DNA of 61,582 nucleotides from a virus (IMGVR_UViG_3300028393_000068:1-61582), one strand, 5' to 3'; shown: positions 1-8,915, counted from the first letter of the stretch. Translations and numbers: made by a program. Notes: a model not told the origin generated them from the letters alone.

Positions 1-137
1 AAAATGACTCGCCCCAACTTATCCTGCTCGACGCTTTTAAAGATCGTATGGCTTTCCCTGAGCTTAAGGTGGTGGCGCTTAAGCAATACAAAGAGTGGGA
101 ACCTGATGCGTTCATTGTGGAGAAAAAAGCGTCCGGG
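1..137. repeat. Terminal direct repeat (assembly overlap), copy 1
   Basis: 1-137 equals 61446-61582 except one base (A127 vs C61572); the terminase ORF reads through the junction. Confidence 0.95.
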
Positions 138-455
138 GGGCCGTTGATTCAGGAACTCAGGGCGTTGGGAATCCCAGTCCAAGAGTTCTCCCCAAGCAGG
201 GGCAACGACAAGATGGTGCGTGTCAATGCGGTTGCGGATTTATTTAGCAGTGGTAAAGTCTGGGCACCTGACACACGCTGGGCACGGGAAGTGATTGAAG
301 AGGTGGCCGCGTTCCCAGTTGGGGAGCACGACGATTACGTGGACACGACAACACAGGCGCTGCTACGCTTTAGGCAAGGCGGCTTTATCAGTTTAGACAC
401 AGACGAGAAAGATGACCTCGAAATCTTTCGCCGTAGGAAAACCGAATACTACTAG
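1..455 (+). CDS. terL: Terminase large subunit, C-terminal nuclease part (continues from 60359)
   Basis: VEKKASG, DKMVR and HDDYVD motifs of the terminase RNase H-like domain; in frame with the ORF starting at 60359 across the overlap. Confidence 0.93.
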   Translation, partial: NDSPQLILLDAFKDRMAFPELKVVALKQYKEWEPDAFIVEKKASGGPLIQELRALGIPVQEFSPSRGNDKMVRVNAVADLFSSGKVWAPDTRWAREVIEEVAAFPVGEHDDYVDTTTQALLRFRQGGFISLDTDEKDDLEIFRRRKTEYY

Positions 456-463
456 GAACACAC

Positions 464-2962
464 ATGGCAACGAACATCGACAAAGCGCTGTACCAACAAC
501 CAATGGGCATTGATGCGCTTGGTGAACAAGAGTCTCCCCTTGAGATTGAGATTGTTGATCCCGAAGAAGTCACGATTGGCGTGGACGGAATGGAGATCAC
601 CCTCAAGCCCGGAGAGGGCGACGATGAAGAAGGTTTTGATGATAACTTGGCCGAGTACATAAAAGACGGTGCTTTGCAGTCGCTTGCGGGTGACTTGGTG
701 TCTGACATTGACAACGACAAGAATGGCCGCAAGGATTGGGAGAAGACGTACGTTGATGGCCTGAAGTTGTTGGGCTTGCAAATAGAAGAACGCACCGAAC
801 CTTGGAACGGCGCATGCGGTGTGTTCCACCCCATGATTACTGAGGCAGTCGTCAGGTTCCAAGCTGAAACAATTACTGAGACTTTCCCAGCCCAAGGGCC
901 TGTGCGTAGCAAACTCATTGGCAAAGAAACGCCAGAGATGAAAGAAGTTGCGTCTAACGTCGAAGATGACATGAACTACGAGTTGACGGAAGTCATGACG
1001 GAGTACCGCGGTGAACACGAACGCATGCTCTGGTCATTGCCAGCCACAGGCTCAGCGTTTAAGAAAGTGTACTACGACCCCAATTTGGGACGTCAGGTGT
1101 CGATGTTTATTCCTGCGGAAGATATGTATCTGCCGTACGGCACAACGGATATGGATACTTGCTACCGCATTACGCACGTTATGCGCAAGACCAAGAACGA
1201 GATCATTAAGTTACAGCAAGTAGGCTTTTACCTTGACATTGAGTTGCCTGACTCACCAAAAGACTTGACTGACATTCAGAAAGCCAAGGACAAAGAGACT
1301 GGCTTTAGTGACTTGAATGACGATCGCTACACGCTGTATGAGTGCCATGTAGATTTGAACCTTGAAGGTTACGAAGACGAAGACGATTCTGGCGAAGAGA
1401 CCGGCATCATGTTGCCATACGTTGTCACGTTGATTAAAGGCTCCAATGACATCCTGTCAATCCGCCGCAACTGGAAGGAAGAAGATGACCTCAGACTCAA
1501 GCGCCAGCACTTCGTTCACTACCAATATATCCCGGGTTTTGGAGCTTACGGCTTCGGGCTTTTCCACCTTATCGGAGGCTTTGCTAAATCCGCTACATCC
1601 CTCATGCGACAACTTGTCGATGCCGGAACACTCAGCAACTTGCCCGGCGGACTCAAGACACGGGGCCTGCGAATCAAAGGTGACGACACACCAATCGCAC
1701 CCGGAGAGTTCCGTGATGTAGACGTAGGTTCGGGCACGATCCGTGACAACATCTTGCCCCTGCCATACAAGGAGCCAAGCCAGACGTTGTTCAACTTGAT
1801 GCAGACCATCGTTGACGAAGGCAGGCGTTTTGCCGCGACTGCTGACATGAAGGTGTCTGACATGAGCGCTAATGCGCCAGTGGGCACAACGCTTGCGCTC
1901 TTAGAACGTCAGTTGAAAGTAATGACGGCTGTTCAGGCTCGTGTGCACTTTGCACTCAAGCAAGAGTTCAAACTTTTAAAGAACATCATCCGTGATTACA
2001 CAGACGCTGACTACACATACACACCCGAGTACGGCACTCGCAAAGCTAAGAAAGCCGACTATGACTTGGTGGACGTGATCCCCGTGTCAGACCCCAACGC
2101 TGCGACCATGTCTCAGCGCGTTATTCAATATCAAGCCGTCATTCAGATGGCGCAGATGGCTCCGGACATTTACAACTTGCCCGAGTTACACCGCGGTATG
2201 TTGAACGTGTTGGGCATTAAGAACGCTGAGAAGCTCGTGCCAATTGAGGAAGATCAAAAACCGACCGACCCAGTGCAGGAGAATCAGAACGCACTCAAGG
2301 GTAAACCAATCAAGGCGTTTTTACACCAAGACCATCAGGCGCATATCCAAGTACACATGATGCTACTGCAAGACCCAATGATGCAACAGTTTATTGGCCA
2401 GAACCCACAAGCTCCTAAGATCATGGGCGCAATTACGGCTCACATTGCAGAGCACGTTGGTTACCAGATGCGCCAGCAGATCGAGCAGCAGTTGGGTATG
2501 CCGTTGCCTCCCGAGGGCGAAAAGTTGCCGCCACAAATTGAGATTGCGTTGTCCGGCATGATGGCTCAAGCGGCACAACAGGTAATGATGCAGAACCAAG
2601 CCAAGGCTGCACAACAGCAAGCACAGCAACAAATGCAAGACCCGATCATGCAAATGCAGATGCAAGAACTCCAACTCAAGGGCCAAGAGCTAGAGTTGAA
2701 GAAACAGAAGATCATGATGGACGCTGCTGCCAAGGCAGATGCTCAGCAGTTACGAGAGCAAGAAGTCAGCGGCAAACTGGAGTTGGAAGCTCTTCGCACA
2801 GGTGCGCAAATCAAAGAGAGCGAATTCAAGCAACAGTTCGAACAAGAACGTACCGGCCTCCAAATGGGCGCTGACATTGCAAAGAGTAAAGCCCAGATGG
2901 ATTTACAAGCGCGTACTGTTGCGCTCCAAAATAGCAGCAAACAACGTGAGCCCAAATCATGA
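464..2962 (+). CDS. Portal protein (P22-like, Gln-rich C-terminal coiled coil)
   Basis: 832 aa directly after terL; long Q/M-rich helical tail typical of podoviral portal barrels; SD AGGA. Confidence 0.85.
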   Translation: MATNIDKALYQQPMGIDALGEQESPLEIEIVDPEEVTIGVDGMEITLKPGEGDDEEGFDDNLAEYIKDGALQSLAGDLVSDIDNDKNGRKDWEKTYVDGLKLLGLQIEERTEPWNGACGVFHPMITEAVVRFQAETITETFPAQGPVRSKLIGKETPEMKEVASNVEDDMNYELTEVMTEYRGEHERMLWSLPATGSAFKKVYYDPNLGRQVSMFIPAEDMYLPYGTTDMDTCYRITHVMRKTKNEIIKLQQVGFYLDIELPDSPKDLTDIQKAKDKETGFSDLNDDRYTLYECHVDLNLEGYEDEDDSGEETGIMLPYVVTLIKGSNDILSIRRNWKEEDDLRLKRQHFVHYQYIPGFGAYGFGLFHLIGGFAKSATSLMRQLVDAGTLSNLPGGLKTRGLRIKGDDTPIAPGEFRDVDVGSGTIRDNILPLPYKEPSQTLFNLMQTIVDEGRRFAATADMKVSDMSANAPVGTTLALLERQLKVMTAVQARVHFALKQEFKLLKNIIRDYTDADYTYTPEYGTRKAKKADYDLVDVIPVSDPNAATMSQRVIQYQAVIQMAQMAPDIYNLPELHRGMLNVLGIKNAEKLVPIEEDQKPTDPVQENQNALKGKPIKAFLHQDHQAHIQVHMMLLQDPMMQQFIGQNPQAPKIMGAITAHIAEHVGYQMRQQIEQQLGMPLPPEGEKLPPQIEIALSGMMAQAAQQVMMQNQAKAAQQQAQQQMQDPIMQMQMQELQLKGQELELKKQKIMMDAAAKADAQQLREQEVSGKLELEALRTGAQIKESEFKQQFEQERTGLQMGADIAKSKAQMDLQARTVALQNSSKQREPKS

Positions 2963-3153
2963 TTCAAGACTTCGTACGCGTATTACGTGAAAAGATACGC
3001 ACTGACATGAACAACTATGCTGATGACTTGGCTGGTGGTTCGTGCCGTACTTTTGAAGAGTACCAAAAACTCTGCGGGATTATTCAGGGTCTAGCCCTCG
3101 CAGAGCGTTATCTACTTGACCTTGCACAGAAAGTTGAAGAATCTAATGAGTGA
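2959..3153 (+). CDS. Small conserved head-module protein
   Basis: ATGA overlap with portal; 64 aa helical (EEYQKLCGIIQGL). Confidence 0.7.
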   Translation: MIQDFVRVLREKIRTDMNNYADDLAGGSCRTFEEYQKLCGIIQGLALAERYLLDLAQKVEESNE

Positions 3154-3583
3154 CATTGATTTATCCCCCGGTGCTTTTGCACTGCCTGAACCCATCCAGC
3201 CTCTGGATGCACCTGAAACCGAAGCTAACGACGAGTTGAAGGCCACGCAACTTCCCTTGCCCACAGGTTGGAAAATTCTTTGCGCGGTACCCGACATTTC
3301 TGAACGAGTGGATGGTACAAGTCTGGACTTAGTCCGGCCTATTGAAAGCATGCGCCAAGAAGAAACTGCAACCACTGTGTTGTTTGTTTTAAAAGTTGGC
3401 TCCGATGCGTACAACGACACCGCCAAGTTTCCCAACGGAGCATGGTGCAAAGAGGGTGACTTCGTGTTAGTACGTACTTACTCCGGTACAAGATTTAAGA
3501 TTTTTGGCAAGGAGTTCCGTCTCATCAACGACGACCAAGTTGATGCTGTTGTGCAAGACCCTCGCGGCCTGACCCGCGCTTGA
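3146..3583 (+). CDS. groES: Co-chaperonin GroES-like protein
   Basis: PTGWKIL, LKVGSDAY, WCKEGDFVL, YSG, FRLINDDQVDAVV pattern; start reassigned to ATG 3146. Confidence 0.85.
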   Translation: MSDIDLSPGAFALPEPIQPLDAPETEANDELKATQLPLPTGWKILCAVPDISERVDGTSLDLVRPIESMRQEETATTVLFVLKVGSDAYNDTAKFPNGAWCKEGDFVLVRTYSGTRFKIFGKEFRLINDDQVDAVVQDPRGLTRA

Positions 3584-3593
3584 AAGGAATAAT

Positions 3594-4544
3594 ATGGCTG
3601 AATCGTACAAGTTCCCCGACGAAGTTGAGGACAAAAAAACTGCCGACGTTGAGTTTGAAATAGAAGGCGAAGGCGAAGTAGAGATTGAAATCGAAGACGA
3701 TACGCCCGAGCATGACAGGGGCCGTAAGCCCTTAGATCGTGAAGTGCTTGATCCAACCGAAGAAGAAATTGAGTCCTATTCCGACAAAGTCAAGGGACGC
3801 ATTAAAGAGTTGACCCATGCCCGTCACGACGAGCGCCGTGTCAAAGAAGCTACGATGCGTGAAAAGCAAGAGCTTGAGCGTCTTACACAACAGTTGATTG
3901 ACGAGAATAAACGTCTCAAACAAAACGTCTACACAGGACAAGAAGCCATCATTGAGGGAGCCAAAGGCAAGGCCGAATTTGAGTTGGATAAAGCCCGTGG
4001 CAAACTGAAAGCTGCACAGGAAGCTTTTGATAACGATGCCATCATTGCCGCTCATGAAGAGGTGATGGATGCAAAGATTCGCGCAGAACAAGTAAAAAAT
4101 TATCGTCCTACCCCTTTACAAGAAGAAAACTTTGAGGTACAAACTACTCAAACCCAACCCCAAAAGGTTGAACCGGACGAAAAAACTCTGCGCTGGCAGG
4201 CAAAAAACCAGTGGTTCGGACAGCAAGGGTTTGAAGAATACACCAGCTACGCACTAGGGCTGCATCAGAAACTAGTCACAAACGGAGTGGATCCCCGCTC
4301 TGCTGAATATTTCGACCAAATTGATGGTCGCATGAAGTCAACTTTTCCGGATTTATTCGGGCAAGCAAATGACAAGCCAAGGTCTGGTGAGGTTCAAAAA
4401 CGACCTACGACAGTGGTTGCCTCTGTATCTCGTTCTACGAGTGCAGGAAAAATTAAGCTAACTCAAACGCAAGTAGCGTTAGCGAAAAAATTTGGTTTAA
4501 CCCCGCAGCAATATGCTGTTCAAGTAGCAAAGTTGGAGAATTAA
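3594..4544 (+). CDS. Putative capsid scaffolding protein
   Basis: Acidic N-terminus, coiled coil, C-terminal LTQTQVALAKKFGL helix; lies between portal and capsid genes. Confidence 0.7.
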   Translation: MAESYKFPDEVEDKKTADVEFEIEGEGEVEIEIEDDTPEHDRGRKPLDREVLDPTEEEIESYSDKVKGRIKELTHARHDERRVKEATMREKQELERLTQQLIDENKRLKQNVYTGQEAIIEGAKGKAEFELDKARGKLKAAQEAFDNDAIIAAHEEVMDAKIRAEQVKNYRPTPLQEENFEVQTTQTQPQKVEPDEKTLRWQAKNQWFGQQGFEEYTSYALGLHQKLVTNGVDPRSAEYFDQIDGRMKSTFPDLFGQANDKPRSGEVQKRPTTVVASVSRSTSAGKIKLTQTQVALAKKFGLTPQQYAVQVAKLEN

Positions 4545-4545
4545 G

Positions 4546-5004
4546 ATGGCTGAAACTAATGACCGCTCAAATCGTGACAGTAAGTCACGCGATAAATCTG
4601 CTCGTTCGGTATATGTACCCCCGAGCAACCTGCCCGATCCGACACCTGATCCTGATTACATGTTCCGCTGGATTGCGACGCATGTGCTAGGTCAGCCGTT
4701 ATCCAACAACGTGTCTTTACAGATGCGCGATGGATACGAGCCGGTGAAAGCAGTGGATCATCCAGAATTGGCTTTGTTTGGCAACAACGCAAACGGCAAT
4801 GTGGAAATTGGTGGGCTGATGCTTTGCAAGGCTCCCAAGGAACGCATCCAAGCACGCGCTGATTACTATGCCAACCAATCCCAAAACCAGATGGATTCAG
4901 TTGACAATCATTTCATGCGAAATAACGACCCTCGGATGCCCTTGTTTGCTGACCGCAAGTCAACAACAAGTCGCGGAACAGGATTTGGTTCTGGTTCTAA
5001 ATAA
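4546..5004 (+). CDS. Conserved head-module protein
   Basis: 152 aa with SD; FRWI, GYEPV and GGLMLCK motifs. Confidence 0.7.
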   Translation: MAETNDRSNRDSKSRDKSARSVYVPPSNLPDPTPDPDYMFRWIATHVLGQPLSNNVSLQMRDGYEPVKAVDHPELALFGNNANGNVEIGGLMLCKAPKERIQARADYYANQSQNQMDSVDNHFMRNNDPRMPLFADRKSTTSRGTGFGSGSK

Positions 5005-5019
5005 TTTATAGGAGTCTTT

Positions 5020-5844
5020 ATGGCTTATCCGGTTATTGATGCCCCTTACGGGCTAAAACCGATCAACTTGATCGGAGGTCAGGTCTTTGCGGGTTCTACT
5101 CGTGAATATCCGATCACTAACGGTTACTCTACAAACATTTTCTACGGTGATTACGTAGGTTTGTCTCGTGGTGAAATCGTTCGTTTGTCTGTGTCTACTG
5201 GCACAGCAGGCAATCAAACAGGTGTCTTCTTAGGATGCCGTTTTACAAACCCTGTCACTAAACAATTGACTTTCTCGCAATACTGGCCCGCATCTACTGC
5301 GGCTGGCGATGCAGTAGCCATTGTCAGTGATGATCCTGATGCCGTCTTTAAGGTTGCGGTTTGCTCTGCAACTACTGCTATTGCTTCTGGTGCCCGTGCA
5401 ATGATTGGTCAAAACTTGGGCATGATTAACAACACAGGTAGCACTGCAACTGGCGACTCTAAGAACGCAGCATTGGCTCCCAGTGCAACACCTGCTACTA
5501 CATCATCTTTGCCCGTTCGCGTGCTTGGCTTGGTGCCTGATACGGCTGTTTCGCTTGGAACTGTGACGTATACCAGCATTTCTACCGCTACTGTTACATG
5601 CTCGGCTTTGCCAAGCGCGTTAGTTGTTGGTACTGACGTTGGTTCGCTGGATTCAAACGGTCAATACGTTTCTTCTGGTTCTTTTGTTACCACCGCAGCT
5701 GCTGCCGGTGCTACATCGTTTGTTATGAACCAAGCTCCTGTTGCTACATTGAACACTACTATTGTGTTGATGCAGTACCCTGAGATTCTGGTCAAAATCA
5801 ACTTTGGCCAGCATCAGTATTATGCTGGCACCAGCATTGCTTAA
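5020..5844 (+). CDS. Putative capsid decoration/minor head protein
   Basis: A/T/S/G-rich beta protein immediately upstream of the capsid gene; SD AGGAG. Confidence 0.6.
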   Translation: MAYPVIDAPYGLKPINLIGGQVFAGSTREYPITNGYSTNIFYGDYVGLSRGEIVRLSVSTGTAGNQTGVFLGCRFTNPVTKQLTFSQYWPASTAAGDAVAIVSDDPDAVFKVAVCSATTAIASGARAMIGQNLGMINNTGSTATGDSKNAALAPSATPATTSSLPVRVLGLVPDTAVSLGTVTYTSISTATVTCSALPSALVVGTDVGSLDSNGQYVSSGSFVTTAAAAGATSFVMNQAPVATLNTTIVLMQYPEILVKINFGQHQYYAGTSIA

Positions 5845-5855
5845 GGAGCTAAATC

Positions 5856-6767
5856 ATGGCTATTTCACGCGCACAACTACTTAAAGAACTGCTCCCGGGC
5901 CTCAACGCCTTGTTTGGCTTGCAGTACGCTACTTACGGCGAAGAGCACAAAGAACTCTACGAAACAGAGAAATCTGAGCGTAGCTTCGAAGAAGAGACAA
6001 AACTGTCTGGCTTCTCTGCTGCTCCAGTCAAGAACGAGGGTTCAGCCATTGCTTATGACAATGCGCAAGAAGCGTTCACGGCTCGCTACAACCACGAAAC
6101 CATTGCCTTGGGTTTCTCAATCACTGAAGAAGCGGTTGAAGATAACTTGTACGACAGCTTGTCTGCTCGCTACACCAAGGGCTTGGCTCGTGCTATGGCC
6201 TACACCAAGCAGGTTAAAGCTGCATCCGTCTTAAACAACGGTTTCAGCGCAGCCTATGTTGGTGGCGATGGTGTTGCTCTGTTCTCTACAGCGCACCCAT
6301 TAGTGTCTGGTGGCACTAACAGCAACCGTCCTTCAACCAATGCTGACTTGAATGAAACATCGTTGGAAAACGCTGTGATTCAGATCGCCGCTTGGACTGA
6401 TGAGCGTGGCCTGTTGATCGCCGCTAAGCCTAAGAAATTGATTGTGCCTCCAGCACTTCAGTTCGTTGCTACTCGTTTGCTCGAAACCAGCCTCCGTGTT
6501 GGTACAACAGACAACGACATCAACGCATTGAAGAACAACGGTTCAATCCCTGATGGCTACACAATCAACCACTACCTGACCGACACAAACGGCTGGTTCT
6601 TGACAACTGACGTACCTAACGGCTTGAAGCACTTCGAGCGTATGGCGTTGTCCACATCTATGGATGGTGACTTCGACACAGGTAACGTTCGTTACAAGGC
6701 CCGTGAGCGTTATTCGTTTGGCTGGTCTGATCCATTGGGCGTCTTTGGATCACCCGGTTCGACCTAA
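5856..6767 (+). CDS. Major capsid protein (Mu gpT-like, HK97 fold)
   Basis: MAISRAQLLKELLPGLN, GDGVALFSTAHP, PKKLIVPP, RERYSFGWSD motifs; strong SD; followed by a terminator. Confidence 0.88.
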   Translation: MAISRAQLLKELLPGLNALFGLQYATYGEEHKELYETEKSERSFEEETKLSGFSAAPVKNEGSAIAYDNAQEAFTARYNHETIALGFSITEEAVEDNLYDSLSARYTKGLARAMAYTKQVKAASVLNNGFSAAYVGGDGVALFSTAHPLVSGGTNSNRPSTNADLNETSLENAVIQIAAWTDERGLLIAAKPKKLIVPPALQFVATRLLETSLRVGTTDNDINALKNNGSIPDGYTINHYLTDTNGWFLTTDVPNGLKHFERMALSTSMDGDFDTGNVRYKARERYSFGWSDPLGVFGSPGST

Positions 6768-6794
6768 TAAAACAGCCCCACAAGGGTAAGTTTG

Positions 6795-6818
6795 AGGCCA
6801 CCTGCGGGTGGCCTTTTT
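6795..6818 (+). terminator. Rho-independent terminator after the capsid gene
   Basis: AGGCCACC-TGCG-GGTGGCCT followed by a T-tract. Confidence 0.85.
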
Positions 6819-6884
6819 GTTGTCATAAAGTTAAACTACGATGGACTTGCAGCCGCGGTGGTTGCATAAACACAGGGGCACATC

Positions 6885-7124
6885 ATGAAATTTGAAATGG
6901 AATTTGGATACTTTGGTAATAACAAACTTTCTATTGAAACAACTGATTTTGATATGATTCAGATTTTTCAAGAGTTTGTTCAGTTTCAAGAAAACTATGG
7001 CTGGGCGGTTGAGTATGCCGCCGTTGATGAAATTGAAGACGAGTTTGAAGACGAAGACGACACAGAAGAAGAGTTGGATGGCGCTGTAGCTGACGCTGCC
7101 GCAGAAGCTGCTGACAACAAGTAA
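6885..7124 (+). CDS. Small, very acidic protein (moron-like)
   Basis: 79 aa, about 25 D/E versus 3 K; lies between two hairpins. Confidence 0.7.
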   Translation: MKFEMEFGYFGNNKLSIETTDFDMIQIFQEFVQFQENYGWAVEYAAVDEIEDEFEDEDDTEEELDGAVADAAAEAADNK

Positions 7125-7126
7125 TA

Positions 7127-7507
7127 CTAGGGGGCTTCGGCCCCCTTCTTCTTTTTAGCTTTTTTAACAAGCCGTTCGTCGTGGTGGTGTATACGGTGGC
7201 AGTTGGCGCAGAGTACAACGCACTTCTTGACTTCTTCCATAGCACGCTTAAAGGCACGGTTTTTTATCAGTTTGTTGACTGACTCTTCTTTTGTACTGCT
7301 GTCTATGTGGTGGAAGTCAAACGTGGCTGGATGGTTTTGCCCACACTTCACGCAAGCTAATGTAGCTTTAAAGCTACGCCACTGATCTTTATACGCCTTG
7401 GCCGAGGCTTTACTTGCCGCAATTACAACCGCTTTATTGTTGGCATAGTACATACTTGCGTACGTTCTTTGTTTAGTTTGCTTAACTTTTGGGTCTTTAT
7501 ACGGCAT
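7127..7507 (-). CDS. HNH endonuclease family protein
   Basis: CVKCG...FDFHH...KCVVLCANCHRIHH zinc-HNH motif. Confidence 0.85.
   Translation of the reverse strand: MPYKDPKVKQTKQRTYASMYYANNKAVVIAASKASAKAYKDQWRSFKATLACVKCGQNHPATFDFHHIDSSTKEESVNKLIKNRAFKRAMEEVKKCVVLCANCHRIHHHDERLVKKAKKKKGAEAP
7129..7156 (+). terminator. Terminator hairpin GGGGGC-TTCG-GCCCCC
   Basis: 6-7 bp stem, UUCG loop and T-rich tail; overlaps the end of the convergent HNH gene. Confidence 0.7.
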
Positions 7508-7937
7508 GTTTAATCCGATACCGCCAGTACAACGCCGTTTTTAAACCCCAAGGTTGAGATGGCTCAAACATTTTGAAACCTGTAGATATCAAACTGTTAG
7601 CAGATGCGGGGTTTTCGTTGGTGTCAGTGATGACCCAATTCATGCCTAACGTTTTGGCTTTGCGAACCCGCGTTTTAATAAACCTCTTCTGAAGCCCGCG
7701 TCCACGATGAGCGCGTACAACACCTGCCCGACAAAGATACATAGTGTCAGACCAACGACTAGAGGGAACAACACCAGCGAACCCAGCAGCCTCACCGTTC
7801 TGTGTGTAAGCAACATACCAGCATCCTTGTGTGATTGGGTAAATTTTATCGTGGGGAAGACATGCTTTTTGAAGCAACGACAACAACTGCACCACCTCTG
7901 GCTGACGGGTATCAACAGGGACAATGCGGTATTTCAT
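7497..7937 (-). CDS. GNAT family acetyltransferase
   Basis: Motif A (GVVRAHRGRGLQKRFI) and NPASANSLISTGF. Confidence 0.85.
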   Translation of the reverse strand: MKYRIVPVDTRQPEVVQLLSLLQKACLPHDKIYPITQGCWYVAYTQNGEAAGFAGVVPSSRWSDTMYLCRAGVVRAHRGRGLQKRFIKTRVRKAKTLGMNWVITDTNENPASANSLISTGFKMFEPSQPWGLKTALYWRYRIKHAV

Positions 7938-7978
7938 GCCCCCATAATGCCGGAGGATTGTGACAAGAAAAATAATTG

Positions 7979-8007
7979 TTGCGCACTTAAAAATACCGTG
8001 ATATAAA
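7979..8007 (+). promoter_or_regulatory. Sigma70-like promoter
   Basis: TTGCGC-N17-TATAAA with extended TGn. Confidence 0.6.
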
Positions 8008-8016
8008 CACAGTAAT

Positions 8017-8089
8017 CCGGGCTTTCCGGTGCATCAAACAGTCCCGGCTGACGACATACAGATTGATGCACTCCACTTGTATGTAAGGA
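8017..8089 (+). ncRNA. Candidate structured leader RNA (kissing-loop pseudoknot)
   Basis: P1 8017-21/8043-47, P2 8029-37/8063-71, P3 8054-60/8078-84; ends at the SD of gene 8096. Confidence 0.6.
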
Positions 8090-8095
8090 AATATC

Positions 8096-8578
8096 ATGGG
8101 ATTCGCAACACACCTAGGCCCTTGGCTGCTCGGCACTGTTAAAAACACAACCGGCACCACTGCTGGCACGATCCGAAACATGGGCTCAACTACTGTTACC
8201 CAAACGGGCGCAACCACTGTAAGCGACACAACTGCTACTACTTTGTTTGTCTTGCCTGCTGGCGCAATGATTAACAACTTTATCGTGAACATTACCACTG
8301 CCTATGCAGGTACTACCGGTAACACAATCACTGTGAAGATTGGCTCTACAACTCTAGGTACTGTTGGTGGCGCTACCACTACACCTTTGTCTGTTGGCCG
8401 CGCAACATTCACCATCACTGACGCAAGCATTGCTACTTACGAGAACGTAGGTTCAACAGATGCAATCGTTACAGTAACTTACGCCTGTGCTGGTACAGCC
8501 AGCGGCGGTGCTGCTAGCGTGACTTGTGTCTACACAGTCCGTGGTTCTGACGGCGTTGCTAACCCCAGCCAAGCTTAA
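8096..8578 (+). CDS. Putative virion structural protein
   Basis: 160 aa, T/A/G-rich beta protein; SD AAGGA. Confidence 0.7.
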   Translation: MGFATHLGPWLLGTVKNTTGTTAGTIRNMGSTTVTQTGATTVSDTTATTLFVLPAGAMINNFIVNITTAYAGTTGNTITVKIGSTTLGTVGGATTTPLSVGRATFTITDASIATYENVGSTDAIVTVTYACAGTASGGAASVTCVYTVRGSDGVANPSQA

Positions 8579-8586
8579 TTGATCTA

Positions 8587-8602
8587 GGGGGCTTCGGCCC
8601 CC
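8587..8602 (+). terminator. Hairpin GGGGGC-TTCG-GCCCCC (weak terminator or stabiliser)
   Basis: Identical to the 7130-7145 hairpin but with a poor U-tail. Confidence 0.5.
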
Positions 8603-8621
8603 ATTTACAAGGAGATTAATT

Positions 8622-8915
8622 ATGATGCAAACAGACGTAAAAGCGGCGCATTTGAGCGCGGCGGGTTCTTTTATATCGGGGCGAACACGCCTTAGAGGTA
8701 TTGTGGTTAGCCCCAAAGTTACAACAGCGGCAACATTTGAAATTCGTGATGGCAGCGCCACTGCTGCTGTGTTGTTTACAATGGATATTGCCAGCGTTGC
8801 CACCCCGGTAAACTTTAATATCACAATACCCGGCGAAGGTATTGTGGCATCTACAGGGCTTTACTTAACAACCAGCGTAGGAACTATTGTGGGTATTGAA
8901 GTGTTCTATGGCTAA
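8622..8915 (+). CDS. Putative virion structural protein
   Basis: 97 aa beta-rich; SD AAGGAG. Confidence 0.7.
   Translation: MMQTDVKAAHLSAAGSFISGRTRLRGIVVSPKVTTAATFEIRDGSATAAVLFTMDIASVATPVNFNITIPGEGIVASTGLYLTTSVGTIVGIEVFYG

Noticed and set aside
8014-8091. Hammerhead ribozyme (CUGACGA at 8048-54, GAAA at 8088-91)
   Set aside because: GAAA is 4 nt out of register from the stem, no NUH triplet precedes stem I, and there is no stem III. Kept only as an unassigned structured RNA.
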